From Salinivirgaceae bacterium (GTDB taxonomy: Bacteria > Bacteroidota > Bacteroidia > Bacteroidales > SZUA-534), in assembly GCA_024405635.1 (NCBI GenBank), contig JAKSOL010000016.1:1-62460 (forward strand): 62,460 nucleotides of DNA, given 5' to 3'. The notes below the pieces were generated by a model that saw nothing but the letters and a program-made list of their open reading frames with translations, searched no databases and was not told the DNA's origin. The translations under genes were made by a program, and so were the position numbers. Below are positions 40,869 to 50,383 of the stretch, in pieces (position 1 is the first letter of the stretch; every line of letters starts with the position of its first letter).

Positions 40869-40991
40869 TTAATGTTTTAATGTTTAATGATTAGTGATTA
40901 ATAGGTTTTAAGTTCTTCGTTTTACCATTCTACAACCAACGGCCAATAGCTAAAAGCCAGAAGTACGATTCAACGCATCAACAGCAGAACC

Positions 40992-41048
40992 GTGCCTTCG
41001 ACAAACTCAGGCACCGCGCGTACTGGTGGCTGAGCCTGTCGAAGCCAC
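40992..41048. repeat. inverted pair of CTTCGACA..CTCAG palindromes
   Basis: GTGCCTTCGACAAACTCAGGCAC and GGTGGCTGAGCCTGTCGAAGCCAC; third copy at 42933-42956. Confidence 0.8.
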
Positions 41049-41085
41049 ATCGCATCAACGAATCAACAAATCAACAATACATAAG

Positions 41086-41175
41086 GCTACTGCCCTTTCA
41101 GGGCGCTGCCTTTCCTTTCTCATTATTCCCAAGACGTTGCCATTGGGCTGAGAGATTATGCCCTTTCAGGGCGAG
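41086..41175 (-). repeat. REP-like doublet, inverted copy of 40778-40868
   Basis: GCCCTTTCAGGGC at 41092-41104 and 41160-41172; reverse complement has CTCAGCCCAATGGCAACG. Confidence 0.8.
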
Positions 41176-41299
41176 ATGTAAAGTTATAATATGCTCATTA
41201 TCTTTACATTAATCTTTTATCATTAATCGTTAATCATTGTTATTCATATCAACGATTCAACATTCTAACGGCCAATAGCTAACAGCCAGTAGCCTCCCA

Positions 41300-42709
41300 T
41301 TAATCATTGACAAACAAATCGTCCATAGTAACCTCGGCGGCGGCAATGGCCGAATGTTTTCCTGGCACCACTCCAAATGTTGTTACAAAAGTGGTTACCA
41401 ACGACTTACGACACGATGTTGATTCTTTAAAAATGGCCAAACGCATTCGCAGTTTCTGCTCATACTCTTTCGATATGACGTACGGTGAATCTGAAAACTT
41501 AAATTCACACAAATTAATAACCCTATCGGCTCTATCAATAAGCATATCTATCTGAGTTTCAGCATTTCGCCATGCACTTATCGATGTAGAAACCCCAAGT
41601 ATGCCAAGTTTTTTCTTAATCTGATTAGAATGCGTCATTCCAACAATCTCAAAAGCCATTCCTTGCCAAGACACAACAGCTTGAGATGTGCAGTTATGAG
41701 TCCAAAAAGCATTGTCCAACGTTCGTTTATCGTGCAAAAACCTAAAATAGAACAATGTATAAAAATCAGTTAATCTGTATGTTACATTATTTTTCTTGCA
41801 TCCAAACTTGACATACACCGTAATAAAATCACACTTTTCAAGATTGTCAAGAATCTTAGTCATATTACCACCCGAAAGCCCTGTTGCCTCAATAATTTCT
41901 TGGCGCGACATTCCGTCATGCTTCTGAGCAAGAATACTAACAACATTAATATATCGGTCGGCATTTGCAAACAAAGCGCTATAGAGTTCAGAAAACTCAC
42001 ACGACAATGGCGCATTCTTTTCAAAGAACAAATAATCGATATTTTGAGCAAGACTTTGCGTTGTGTTAATTAAACTATAGTAGTACGGAACGCCGCCAAG
42101 CACCATATACGCTTGCACGATTTGCATTCGGTCCCAATAGCAATTTTTTGACTCAAGATATTTCTCAACCTCGCCAAGCGTAAACGGCCGCAAATATATT
42201 TGGCATGTAATGCGATTGTGCATACCACCCTTATTTTCAAGCAGTTTGTCGGCCATCCATGATGTAGCTGAACCACAAGCAACAAGCACAATGTCGTCTC
42301 TTGTTGCTACCCACGAATTCCAAAAATATTCTAATGCGCTCACAAACTGAGATTTATGGGTATCAATCCATGGCATCTCATCAATAAAAATCACCTTTCG
42401 TCCAGTTGGCAACGATTCAAGATAATCGCGGAGGCAAGCAAACGCATCGTCCCAATTTTTCAATTTAGGTGCAAATGTCGATTTGCTATAGCGTTTCAGC
42501 TGATCGGCAAAGCTAGCCAACTGCACATCTTGCGACTCGTTATGACGGCCAACAAAATAAAATGCATAATCATCGTTGAAAAACTTGCGAATAAGAAAGG
42601 TCTTTCCCACCCTTCGGCGACCATAAACAATAACAAACTCTGATTTTTCAGAGTTAACACACCGACGCAATTGTTCTATTTCTTTTTCTCTACCAATAAG
42701 CTCTACCAT
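41300..42709 (-). CDS. AAA family ATPase (archaeal-ATPase type) with wHTH and C-terminal PD-(D/E)xK-like domain
   Basis: LIGREKE, YGRRRVGKT, FIDEMPW, CGSA, GGVPYY, QIDMLI...INLCEFKF. Confidence 0.88.
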   Translation of the reverse strand: MVELIGREKEIEQLRRCVNSEKSEFVIVYGRRRVGKTFLIRKFFNDDYAFYFVGRHNESQDVQLASFADQLKRYSKSTFAPKLKNWDDAFACLRDYLESLPTGRKVIFIDEMPWIDTHKSQFVSALEYFWNSWVATRDDIVLVACGSATSWMADKLLENKGGMHNRITCQIYLRPFTLGEVEKYLESKNCYWDRMQIVQAYMVLGGVPYYYSLINTTQSLAQNIDYLFFEKNAPLSCEFSELYSALFANADRYINVVSILAQKHDGMSRQEIIEATGLSGGNMTKILDNLEKCDFITVYVKFGCKKNNVTYRLTDFYTLFYFRFLHDKRTLDNAFWTHNCTSQAVVSWQGMAFEIVGMTHSNQIKKKLGILGVSTSISAWRNAETQIDMLIDRADRVINLCEFKFSDSPYVISKEYEQKLRMRLAIFKESTSCRKSLVTTFVTTFGVVPGKHSAIAAAEVTMDDLFVND

Positions 42710-42756
42710 TGCAAATATTTTTTAGACATCGATGCAATTATATAGTTTTTTGAATT

Positions 42757-42853
42757 TATTGCACGCCAAAAACCGATAAAAATTTGCGTTTTGGCGAAGA
42801 ATAAAAAATATTGCGCGCCAAAAGTTGATATTTGGGTACTATTTTGGCGAGAA
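42757..42853. promoter_or_regulatory. two tandem palindromic operator-like sites CGCCAAAA-N17/18-TTTTGGCG
   Basis: Arms at 42764/42789 and 42816/42842, 52-bp period, upstream of the ATPase. Confidence 0.6.
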
Positions 42854-42865
42854 AAAAAAGACTAT

Positions 42866-43116
42866 GACTAATGATTAATGTTTAATGGGTTCTAAGTTTT
42901 AAGTTGTTAAGTAGTAAGTTCTAAGTTTTTCCGGTGGCTGAGCTTGTCGAAGCCACACCCTTCAACAAATCAACAGATCAACGATTCAACACGTCAACAT
43001 TCTAACTGCCAACGGCTAACAGCCAATCAGCCGCCCACAATTAATCATTTATCTCTAATCATTATCATACGATTCAACATTCCAATGGCCAACGGCTAAC
43101 AGCCAATAGCTAACCA
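42866..43116. repeat. second 7/8-mer repeat mosaic with one CTTCGAC-type palindrome
   Basis: Same unit types and similar order as 40668-41294. Confidence 0.85.
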
Positions 43117-43164
43117 AAACCACCGCACCTCATTTTTGCTTACTTTCGCAAAAAAAATTATTTG

Positions 43165-43539
43165 ATGAACGAAACCCGAATTGACAAATGGCTTTGGAGC
43201 GTACGCATTTACAAAACCCGCACTTTAGCCACCGAAGCTTGCCACAAAGGACACATAAGCATTGATGGCACTGCTATAAAAGCCGCTCGCATGGTTAAGG
43301 TTGGCGAAATTGTTGAAGTTCGTAAAAACCCAATTACCTACCGTTATAAAATTATTGGGTTACCTGCTTCGCGTGTTGGTGCCAAGGTTTTAGACCAATA
43401 CATTGAAGACCAGACTCCTGAACAAGAAATAATAAAACTCGATTTGATGCGAGCCGACATAAACGGACGCCGCGACCCAGGTTCGGGGCGACCTACTAAA
43501 CGCGACCGACGACTACTTGACCAATGGATGGACAACTAA
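43165..43539 (+). CDS. hslR: ribosome-associated heat shock protein Hsp15 (S4 domain)
   Basis: RIDKWLWSVRIYKTR.LA..AC, GRPTKRDRR. Confidence 0.92.
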   Translation: MNETRIDKWLWSVRIYKTRTLATEACHKGHISIDGTAIKAARMVKVGEIVEVRKNPITYRYKIIGLPASRVGAKVLDQYIEDQTPEQEIIKLDLMRADINGRRDPGSGRPTKRDRRLLDQWMDN

Positions 43540-43852
43540 CGCTTTAAGCCGATTGATTACTTATATACGTATTATTATATGTATATTATCATAATCAAGC
43601 ATAACGTTTCGCAACTTATCAAAACACCACAATTGGCACGTTTCTTGTTTACAACAAAGTAAAAAGGTCCATGTTTCGGTAAGCCGACACCTTTACTTTT
43701 CATAAACAGCACACTTTAACTAACCAACAAAATTAAACAAGCTGTTAACTTTGAATTGTTAAGCAAACACTTACCCAAACAACAATGAGGCTTGTTTTAC
43801 CAAGACTCAAAACAAAAACTAAAAAAAACAATAATTAAAAACTAAAATAAAA

Positions 43853-45073
43853 GTGGAAAAGAGAGTAGTTATTACAGGCATGGGCATTTACTCTTGCCTA
43901 GGAAAATCGCTAGACGAAGTTCGACAATCGCTATACGATGGCAAATCGGGCATAATATTCGATCCTGTACGCAAAGAGATGGGATTCCGCTCTGCACTTA
44001 CAGCTTATCTTGAAAAACCAGACTTAAAAGGACAACTTAGCCGCAACCAACGCGCCTTTATGCCCGAAGAGGCTCAATATGCATACGCAGCAACAGTAGA
44101 GGCGCTTCGCAACGCAAAAATTGACCAAGACTACCTCGATGCTCACGAAGTTGGCTTGCTTTATGGAAACGACTCAACAGCCGATGCCGTTGTAAAAAGC
44201 GTTGACACAATGCGCGAGAAAAAAGACACCACACTTGTAGGTTCTGGTGCCATTTTTCAATCAATGAACTCAACCGTTACAATGAACCTTGGTTGCATCT
44301 TCCACCTAAAAGGCATCAACCTAACCGTATCGGGAGCTTGCGCCAGTGGCTCGCACGCAATTGGTCTAGGAGCATTGCTCATTCGCAACGGACTCCAAGA
44401 CATGGTTGTATGCGGAGGCGCACAAGAAGTTAACCCATTCTCTATTGGTAGTTTCGATGGAATTAGCGCATTTTCGACCCGCGAGAGCGACCCAACAAAG
44501 GCATCTCGTCCATTTGACCGCGACCGCGACGGCCTTGTTCCTGGCGGTGGTGCTGCAACTGTAATTATTGAAAGTTACGAATCGGCTGTAAAACGTGGTG
44601 CGCCAATTTTAGCCGAAATTTTAAGCTACGGATTCTCATCAAATGGCGACCACATTTCAACCCCAAGTGTTGAAGGTCCAGCTCGATCGCTAAAAGCCGC
44701 CATAAACAATGCTGGCATTGACATCAGACAAATTGGCTACATAAACGCACACGCCACATCAACCAAAGTTGGCGACATGAACGAAGCAAAAGCCATTATT
44801 GAAGTGTTTGGCGACCACAAACCTTTTGTTACTTCTACTAAAGGACAAACAGGACACGAAATGTGGATGGCAGGCGCAAGCGAAATAATTTACACCATGT
44901 TGATGATGAAAAACAACTTTATTGCAGGAAACCTCAACTTTGAAAACCCCGATGAAGATTCGGCAAAACTCAACATTCCTGCAAATCGCATCAATGCCCA
45001 CTTCGACACGTTCTTATCAAACTCATTCGGTTTTGGTGGAACAAACTCAACCCTTATCGTTAAAAATCTATAA
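43853..45073 (+). CDS. fabF: beta-ketoacyl-ACP synthase (FabF/FabB family)
   Basis: RVVITGMG, SGACASG catalytic Cys, SRPFDRDRDG, YINAHAT, TGH, SNSFGFGG; GTG start. Confidence 0.9.
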   Translation: MEKRVVITGMGIYSCLGKSLDEVRQSLYDGKSGIIFDPVRKEMGFRSALTAYLEKPDLKGQLSRNQRAFMPEEAQYAYAATVEALRNAKIDQDYLDAHEVGLLYGNDSTADAVVKSVDTMREKKDTTLVGSGAIFQSMNSTVTMNLGCIFHLKGINLTVSGACASGSHAIGLGALLIRNGLQDMVVCGGAQEVNPFSIGSFDGISAFSTRESDPTKASRPFDRDRDGLVPGGGAATVIIESYESAVKRGAPILAEILSYGFSSNGDHISTPSVEGPARSLKAAINNAGIDIRQIGYINAHATSTKVGDMNEAKAIIEVFGDHKPFVTSTKGQTGHEMWMAGASEIIYTMLMMKNNFIAGNLNFENPDEDSAKLNIPANRINAHFDTFLSNSFGFGGTNSTLIVKNL

Positions 45074-45109
45074 TACATTATATTACAAACATTTAAACAG
45101 CAAAAGAAA

Positions 45110-45349
45110 ATGGAAAAACAAGAACTAATCGAAAAAATCAACCAAGTGTTGGCAGAGGAATTTGAAGTAGAACAAAGCGTTATCACTCCAGATGCTGACA
45201 TTCGCGAAACATTAAGCCTCGACAGTTTGAGCCTTGTTGACATGGTTGCTTTGATTGAAGAGCAATTCGGTGTAAAAATTAAAGGCACCGAACTATCAAG
45301 CGTTAAAACATTCGGTTTGCTTTACGATTTTGTATTTGAGCGCATGTAA
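45110..45349 (+). CDS. acyl carrier protein
   Basis: 79 aa, acidic, LDSL phosphopantetheine site. Confidence 0.92.
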   Translation: MEKQELIEKINQVLAEEFEVEQSVITPDADIRETLSLDSLSLVDMVALIEEQFGVKIKGTELSSVKTFGLLYDFVFERM

Positions 45350-45366
45350 TCATTTAAAACTCAACT

Positions 45367-45410
45367 AAATAACGGCTATACATGTAAAAATGTATAGCCG
45401 TTATTTTTTT
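45367..45410 (+). terminator. intrinsic terminator
   Basis: AAATAACGGCTATACAT / ATGTATAGCCGTTATTT plus T run. Confidence 0.88.
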
Positions 45411-45557
45411 AGCCACCTAAACCATACTACACAAACACCATCGTTAAATGTTAATATTTAGTACCTTAAATAGGTACCTACAAAAAAAACACACTATTCA
45501 GTTTTGTAATATATTTGCGACCGAAAAAAGGAAAAAGTAATTTTTAATTATTTCAAA

Positions 45558-46550
45558 ATGATAAACTACAAAGAACTAGGTTTGGTAAACACTAAAGAGA
45601 TGTTTGCCAAAGCCGTTAAAGGCGGTTACGCTATCCCAGCGTTCAACTTCAACACAATGGAGCAAATGCAAGCTATTGTTATGGCTGCAGTTGAGACCAA
45701 ATCTCCAGTAATTATGCAAGTATCAAAAGGCGCTCGCAACTATGCTAATGGTACTATTCTTCGCAACCTTGCAAAAGGTGCTGTAGAGTATGCTAAAGAA
45801 CTTGGCTGCGAAAACCCACAAATCGTTCTTCACCTTGACCATGGTGACAGCTTCGAACTTTGCAAAGATTGCATCGACAACGGTTTTTCTTCAGTAATGA
45901 TTGACGGTTCTCACCTTCCATACGAAGAGAACATTGCTCTTGCTAAAAAAGTAGTTGAGTATGCTCACCAATTTGATGTAACTGTTGAGGCTGAGCTTGG
46001 TGTATTGGCAGGCGTTGAAGACGAAGTTTCTGCTGCTGAATCACACTACACAAAACCAGAAGAGGTAATCGACTTTGCTACCCGTACAGGTTGCGACTCT
46101 TTGGCTATCTCTATCGGTACTAGCCACGGTGCACACAAATTCACCCCAGCTCAATGCACATTGGTAAACGGTGTACTTGTTCCACCTCCATTGGCTTTCG
46201 ATATTTTGGCTGAAATCGAACAAAAACTTCCTGGTTTCCCAATCGTACTTCACGGTTCGTCATCAGTTCCACAAGACGAGGTTGCAACAATCAACAAATT
46301 TGGTGGTAAACTTGACGCTGCTATCGGTATTCCAGAGGAACAACTTCGCAAAGCATCTCAATCAGCAGTTTGCAAAATCAACATCGACTCTGACTCTCGC
46401 CTTGCTATGACAGCTGCTATCCGCCAATACTTGGCAGAGAACCCATCTCACTTCGACCCACGTCAATATCTAAAACCTGCACGTGAGAACATGAAGAAGA
46501 TGTACATCCACAAAATTGTGAACGTACTAGGTTCTGACAACAAACTATAA
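45558..46550 (+). CDS. fba: class II fructose-bisphosphate aldolase
   Basis: LHLDHG, SVMIDGS, VEAELG, IGTSHG, VLHGSS, KINID; TATATTTG promoter at 45510-45517. Confidence 0.97.
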   Translation: MINYKELGLVNTKEMFAKAVKGGYAIPAFNFNTMEQMQAIVMAAVETKSPVIMQVSKGARNYANGTILRNLAKGAVEYAKELGCENPQIVLHLDHGDSFELCKDCIDNGFSSVMIDGSHLPYEENIALAKKVVEYAHQFDVTVEAELGVLAGVEDEVSAAESHYTKPEEVIDFATRTGCDSLAISIGTSHGAHKFTPAQCTLVNGVLVPPPLAFDILAEIEQKLPGFPIVLHGSSSVPQDEVATINKFGGKLDAAIGIPEEQLRKASQSAVCKINIDSDSRLAMTAAIRQYLAENPSHFDPRQYLKPARENMKKMYIHKIVNVLGSDNKL

Positions 46551-46574
46551 GCCACTGCGTTTATAACTAAATAT

Positions 46575-46607
46575 AGCGCCTTGAGTTTTTCTCAAGGCGC
46601 TTTTTTT
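46575..46607 (+). terminator. intrinsic terminator
   Basis: AGCGCCTTGAG / CTCAAGGCGCT plus T run. Confidence 0.9.
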
Positions 46608-46644
46608 ATTCTCTTTTCACTCTTATCAACCAACATAGGAAGAA

Positions 46645-47121
46645 ATGGCTTCAGAATTTGACGATGGATATCGCAACATTCTTAACGAACTAATACCCAA
46701 TCTTCCATAAACAACTACAATTGTATCGCCATTTACTTGCGACCATGGGCATGGCATAAAACTTGGCCACCACGTGTTTATAAACGGAAATTGCACAATG
46801 CTTGACGGCGGACTGATAACCATCGGCAATTTCACTTTAGTTGGCCCAAACTGTAATTTTTACACACCACAGCACCCAATTAACCATATTGAACGCCGCG
46901 AACCAAAAGAACGAGCGTTACCAATAACAATAGGTGAAGACTGTTGGCTAGGCGGAAATGTAACAGTATTACCAGGAGTAACCATTGGAGACCGTTGCAT
47001 CATTGGAGCTGGCAGCGTTGTAACAAAAGACATTCAAAGCGATTGTGTAGCAGTTGGAAATCCTGCAAAGGTCATCAAAATCAACCTAGCGAATAAAAAC
47101 AAAAAAGCCAACCTCCTTTAG
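46645..47121 (+). pseudogene. maa: maltose/sugar O-acetyltransferase pseudogene
   Basis: PFTCDHG.GI.LG..VFIN and PITIGEDCWLGGNVTVLPGVTIG; in-frame TAA at 46708-46710; N-terminus missing. Confidence 0.8.
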
Positions 47122-47134
47122 GAGATTGGCTTTT
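47101..47134. terminator. bidirectional terminator downstream of rplS
   Basis: AAAAGCCAA.CTCC-TTTA-GGAG.TTGGCTTTT. Confidence 0.8.
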
Positions 47135-47155
47135 GTTTCTTTACAAAAAGAATTA

Positions 47156-47521
47156 TTAATCCTCTTTAATGTTGCCAGATTTTTTCTCTTTAATACGAGC
47201 TTTTTTACCTGTAAGGTCGCGGAAATAGTAAATACGAGCGCGACGAACAACACCTTTTTTGTTTACTTCGATGCTATCGATAGCTGGTGAGTTGAATGGG
47301 AAGATACGCTCTACACCAACGTTACCAGACATTTTACGAACAGTAAATGTTTTGCCCAAACCTGTTCCTTTAATTTGCATAACAACACCACGGAATTGTT
47401 GGATACGTGATTTGTTACCCTCAACAATTTTGTAGTTAACAGTGATGGTGTCACCTGATTTGAATTCAGGAAGAGAGTTTTCTGCAACAAACTCTTTTTC
47501 AACAACTTTCATTAAATCCAT
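47156..47521 (-). CDS. rplS: 50S ribosomal protein L19
   Basis: PEFKSGDT, EGNKSRIQQFRG, TFTVRK, GVERIFP, VRRARIYY. Confidence 0.98.
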   Translation of the reverse strand: MDLMKVVEKEFVAENSLPEFKSGDTITVNYKIVEGNKSRIQQFRGVVMQIKGTGLGKTFTVRKMSGNVGVERIFPFNSPAIDSIEVNKKGVVRRARIYYFRDLTGKKARIKEKKSGNIKED

Positions 47522-47608
47522 TGCGGTAATTTTTTAAAGTTTTTTAATCTGTTCTATGCAATGTATCAGGCACCTATGTCAACTGAAAGAGATTGCATAA
47601 AAGCGGTG

Positions 47609-47616
47609 CAAAAGTA
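47609..47616 (-). promoter_or_regulatory. rplS promoter -7 (TACTTTTG), with -33 TTTG near 47635-47638
   Basis: Consensus match and spacing. Confidence 0.7.
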
Positions 47617-47656
47617 TTGTTTTTGTTTTTATTTACAAATAGTTGCAACACAAAGT

Positions 47657-48163
47657 TTAGTTTGTTTTATAATCAAATTTAACCTCTTGCAATTTTGCAT
47701 TGGCATCAATTATCTTCTGTTTCAAACTTTCTTTATAATCAATCACTTGCGCTGTTAATTCAGCATTTTCAATAGCCAACATTTGCACTGCAAGAATGCC
47801 CGCATTTTGTGCAGCATTTACACCAACTGTTGCCACAGGAATGCCTGGAGGCATTTGTAGAATAGAAAAAATAGCATCAATTCCGTCAAGTGTTGAATTT
47901 ATTGGCACGCCAATTACAGGCACTGGAGTTGATGCAGCAATAACACCTGGCAAATGAGCAGCCATTCCCGCTGCTGCAATTATCACTTTTATGCCCCTAG
48001 CAGCTGCGCCTTTAGCAAACTCCTCAACTTTTTCAGGAGTACGATGTGCTGACAGCGCATTCATTTCAAACGGAATCTTAAAATCGTTCAAAATTTTGGC
48101 AGCCTTCTCCATAATTGGCAAATCGGAAGTACTGCCCATAATGATACTTACAATTGGTTCCAT
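47657..48163 (-). CDS. purE: N5-CAIR mutase
   Basis: IIMGSTSD, SAHRTP, AGMAAHLPG, PVIGVP, QMPPGIPVATV. Confidence 0.97.
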   Translation of the reverse strand: MEPIVSIIMGSTSDLPIMEKAAKILNDFKIPFEMNALSAHRTPEKVEEFAKGAAARGIKVIIAAAGMAAHLPGVIAASTPVPVIGVPINSTLDGIDAIFSILQMPPGIPVATVGVNAAQNAGILAVQMLAIENAELTAQVIDYKESLKQKIIDANAKLQEVKFDYKTN

Positions 48164-48166
48164 ATA

Positions 48167-49144
48167 TTACTTTATTTCAATAAGTTCATATTGTTGGCTA
48201 CCCATACCCAACTGCTCGGCATACTCAAGTGTGTGCATTCCATGACGAGAATCGATGCGCTCTATAAGGTATTTTTTGCCTTCGTCGGGCGAATTGCGAA
48301 CTGCATCTGTACACGCTTTATCAACTGCAACTGGATCAAGCGAGGCAAAAATACCCAAATCGGCCATTTTTGGATCAGCTGGATTATTGTCGCAATCGCA
48401 ATCTTCCGATAATTTGTTGGCTATGTTTATATATAAAATTTTATCTCCCCAACGGTCAACTATGGCTTTTGCTCCTTCGGCCAAACTCTCAAGCCAAATA
48501 TCTTGCTTTGGCAAATCGGCCCACATTTTTTCTGCATTATCATATTTACCTGCCGAATGTACTCGAGCTTTACCATTTGACGAAGCACAGCCTATTGACA
48601 TATTTTTAATAGCTCCGCCAAAACCTCCCATTGCATGACCTTTGAAATGCGAAAGGATTACAAGAAAATCATAATTCTCGATACTTTTTCCGGCCAAAAA
48701 CGACTTCAAGTGCTTGCCGCCCTCAACTGGTATTTCAACCTCACCTTCTGCATCCATAATATCAACTTTGGCTATTGCGGTAAAGCCATGATCGGCTGCG
48801 GCTTTCAAGTGGTCGGCAGTATTTGATCGTCCACCTCCATAAGCTGTATTGCATTCTACAATTGTAGCGCCAATACCTTGAACAAATGAGCGAATTAAAG
48901 CCGTATCGAGAAAATTATGCCCACCTGGCTCTCCTGTTGAAAGTTTAACCGCAACATTTTCACCTTTGGCTTCTCTACCTAACGCTTCATATATTTTTTG
49001 AAGACTAGCAGGTGTAATATCTTTTACAAAATAAACCTTTGGTTTTACTGATTCACCTACACTCTTTTGATTTGTAGTGTTATTGCTTGCACACGCCGAC
49101 ATTGCGACTGCAAACGCACTGATTAACAATAATTTAATTTTCAT
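48167..49144 (-). CDS. DUF362 domain lipoprotein
   Basis: AMSAC lipobox; VAVKLSTGE, ECNTAYGGGR, SHFKGH..GGFGGAIKNMSIG, CDC, SLDPVAVD. Confidence 0.85.
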   Translation of the reverse strand: MKIKLLLISAFAVAMSACASNNTTNQKSVGESVKPKVYFVKDITPASLQKIYEALGREAKGENVAVKLSTGEPGGHNFLDTALIRSFVQGIGATIVECNTAYGGGRSNTADHLKAAADHGFTAIAKVDIMDAEGEVEIPVEGGKHLKSFLAGKSIENYDFLVILSHFKGHAMGGFGGAIKNMSIGCASSNGKARVHSAGKYDNAEKMWADLPKQDIWLESLAEGAKAIVDRWGDKILYINIANKLSEDCDCDNNPADPKMADLGIFASLDPVAVDKACTDAVRNSPDEGKKYLIERIDSRHGMHTLEYAEQLGMGSQQYELIEIK

Positions 49145-49504
49145 TTTTAACTTTAAATTTAATTTTGGCAACTACTATTTTAGGACTATATTTTTAATGC
49201 AAAAATGGTTAGTGCTTTTTATTTTACCAAATTTACCTTCTCCAAAACTAATTGCAATAACAATCGCATTTGAATGTGAAGAATATTGGTATTTGCAATA
49301 GTTTCCGCCTATCAAATAACCTAAACCATATACTCAAATTATTTCTTTTGTTTGGGATACTTGATAGTCCAAATAGACAAGCTGCCGCTGTTATTGCTTC
49401 ATGTTTTTTTGTTTACTAAAAGCCTTTTAAACTCCCCAAAATTGTAAGATAAATTTATACATTTGGTTTTGTTTGACACATTAATAAATCCAAACTATAA
49501 AGTT

Positions 49505-50380
49505 ATGGCAGGCATTATTCCCGATTCAGAACTGATTCTAAACAACGACGGAAGTGTTTTTCACCTTCATCTTTTACCTACCGATGTTGCCGACAACATA
49601 ATATTAGTGGGCGACCCTGGCCGAGTTGAAATGGTTTCGAGTTTTTTTGACAAAATTGAAGTTAAACGATCGAACCGCGAATTTGTAACTCACGTTGGTA
49701 CTTACCACGGGAAACGAGTGCAAGTAACATCAACCGGAATAGGAACCGACAATATTGATATTGTTGTTAATGAGTTAGATGCAGCTGTTAACATCGATTT
49801 AAAAACACGTATGGTGAAAGACCAAAAACGAAGTTTAAACATTGTACGCATAGGAACATCGGGCGCTTTGCAAGCCGACATACTTGTTGACACTCCTGTA
49901 ATTTCGCAAATGGCAATTGGTTTTGATGGCATGCTTAATTACTATCAAGACCGAAACTTAATTGCCGACCGACAAATGGAAGCTGCATTTATAAAACACA
50001 TGAGCTGGAATCCGTTACTAACAACACCCTACTTTGTTAATTGTTCAAACTCTTTGCTCGAAAAAATAGGACACGATATGCGAAAAGGAGTAACAATATC
50101 AGCTCCAGGATTTTACGGTCCTCAAGGCCGAGTACTTCGCCTACAATTACAAGACCCAAACATAAACGACAAGATTACCGCATTTGAATACAATGGCAAA
50201 AAAATAACCAACTACGAGATGGAATGTTCTGCCATATATGGTCTTTCTGCTTTACTTGGGCACAATGCGGTAACCGTATGCAGCATTATTGCCAATCGTT
50301 TGGCAAAATCGTACAGTAGCGATTACAAAGTTGCAGTAAAACAACTAGTTGAAACAGTATTGAATCGTCTTACTGAATAA
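49505..50380 (+). CDS. nucleoside (uridine) phosphorylase
   Basis: VGDPGRV, REF, STGIG, RIGTSG, GFYGPQGR, NYEME; TACATTTG at 49458-49465. Confidence 0.92.
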   Translation: MAGIIPDSELILNNDGSVFHLHLLPTDVADNIILVGDPGRVEMVSSFFDKIEVKRSNREFVTHVGTYHGKRVQVTSTGIGTDNIDIVVNELDAAVNIDLKTRMVKDQKRSLNIVRIGTSGALQADILVDTPVISQMAIGFDGMLNYYQDRNLIADRQMEAAFIKHMSWNPLLTTPYFVNCSNSLLEKIGHDMRKGVTISAPGFYGPQGRVLRLQLQDPNINDKITAFEYNGKKITNYEMECSAIYGLSALLGHNAVTVCSIIANRLAKSYSSDYKVAVKQLVETVLNRLTE

Positions 50381-50383
50381 GCA

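Larger units (their letters stand above)
40668..41294. repeat. mosaic of degenerate 7/8-mer repeats with nested REP-like palindromes
   Basis: TAATG(A/T)T, TAAGTTN, (GA)TTCAAC and GCCAA(T/C)A/GCTAACA units; four GCCCTG(A/T)AAGGGC-type and two CTTCGACA..CTCAG-type palindromes. Confidence 0.85.

Noticed and set aside
40668-43116. CRISPR array
   Set aside because: Repeats are degenerate 7/8-mers and palindromes, without constant repeat and spacer lengths; no cas genes.
43569-43596. dif-like site around TGTATA-TTAT
   Set aside because: Arms match the XerC/XerD consensus poorly in an AT-rich spacer.
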